From: Rhodosorus marinus CCMP1338
Lineage: Eukaryota > Plantae > Rhodophyta
Assembly (NCBI GenBank): GCA_029953675.1
Contig: JAMWBK010000013.1
Location: 930,001 to 994,000 of the forward strand
Length of the DNA stretch: 64,000 bases
Direction: 5' to 3'
Shown here: positions 63,177-64,000 of the stretch, piece by piece
How positions within the stretch are numbered: the first letter of the stretch is position 1
How the letters are laid out: each line of letters opens with the position of its first letter
Notes under the pieces: model-generated
Databases searched by the model: none
Told to the model about the DNA's origin: nothing
The model's input: the letters and a program-made list of their open reading frames with translations, nothing else
Program-made: the position numbers and the translations under genes

Positions 63177-64000
63177 AGAGAAACATGACAAAACCCAAGA
63201 ACGGTTCGGACCTCATGATGGCCTTCCACCGCCAATCCAGTTCTGCAGAACAGCTCACGGCTGTCAGGACGGTGTGGACACTTCACCAACCTCGCAGCAG
63301 TGATGCTCGGCTCATGATCTTGAGAGCAAAGACGCCTAGTAGGAGCTATCGAACGGAACCATCCCCTTTATCAAGTGAGACTTTACTCAGATGGGCTGCA
63401 TGCTTCATATCGAAGCGATGACTGTGGTCTGCCTTGGGGCTTCCCTTGGTCTTCTCCCCCCGGGGGGATCTGAGCTCCAGCATGTCATCACCAGACCTTC
63501 AAGTGACAGTGGGGGCATTTGGGGATCGCCCTTGTTGGTCTTTAAATCTTGTTGCGAACCGGCAAAGTGGGAAGCTGCCCTTGGATGTTACCACGGAAGA
63601 GCGTTCAGGAGGGCTCCTTGGTCAAGAAACGTGGAATAGCGGCCGTAGGCGGGACCGAAAGAGGTTGTGAACGGTCCGATGGAAACAAAAAGAGTTGTGG
63701 ACGATCGGCCAAGTCGAAAAACGAGCCCGTGAACGGTTGAGCCGGTCAAGAAAGGGGCAGCAGTAGTGGTTGCTAGTTGTATTTCCCACATTATTACCTC
63801 TTGAGTGTGCTTCCACAAGTAGTAACAAACTGCGCTTGTGAATTTTGCTGGTATGGCTCTACTTTTTTCCCACTCAACGTTGTCTTATTGTTGTTTGTTC
63901 CAACCATTATGAGTGATTCGGTTTGAGTCGATAGCGTTGCTTGTCCCCGGATTCGGAGTGCGGATTGCTGGAAATTCAAGGCTGGTTGTTTGTTCCAACC

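Overview
This is a eukaryotic, gene-dense window of about 50% GC with short GT-AG introns (mostly about 60-110 nt). It is probably from a red alga; this is inferred from plastid-type N-termini containing (A/G)FV and from the plastid gene content, and no species is assigned. About 20 multi-exon housekeeping or organellar genes can be recognised: SART1, SKI2, a SOUL heme-binding protein, TOP1, a PITP, a RoxA/YcfD-like JmjC oxygenase, a USP, RRN3, DUF3598/BFA1-like, a tandem GST-N protein, ChaC, a Myb/SANT protein, a PB1 plus peptidoglycan-binding-like fusion, MND1, a PPR-like protein, RPP30, PYROXD2, a fibrillin and a SAM methyltransferase. No tRNA, rRNA, snRNA, CRISPR array or intact transposase/RT was found. 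The unexplained structure lies in three gene-poor islands. (1) 2.2-6 kb and (2) 38.4-40.6 kb share an inverted, decayed, apparently once-coding element and carry degenerate repeats, a perfect 13-bp hairpin and a 36-bp-period palindrome array. (3) 25.6-27.0 kb is a polarised array of about 180-bp units with conserved boxes, hairpin-prone variable segments and a 54-bp module also found at 15.4 kb. Gene spans include introns and were assembled by eye. All identities are manual counts.
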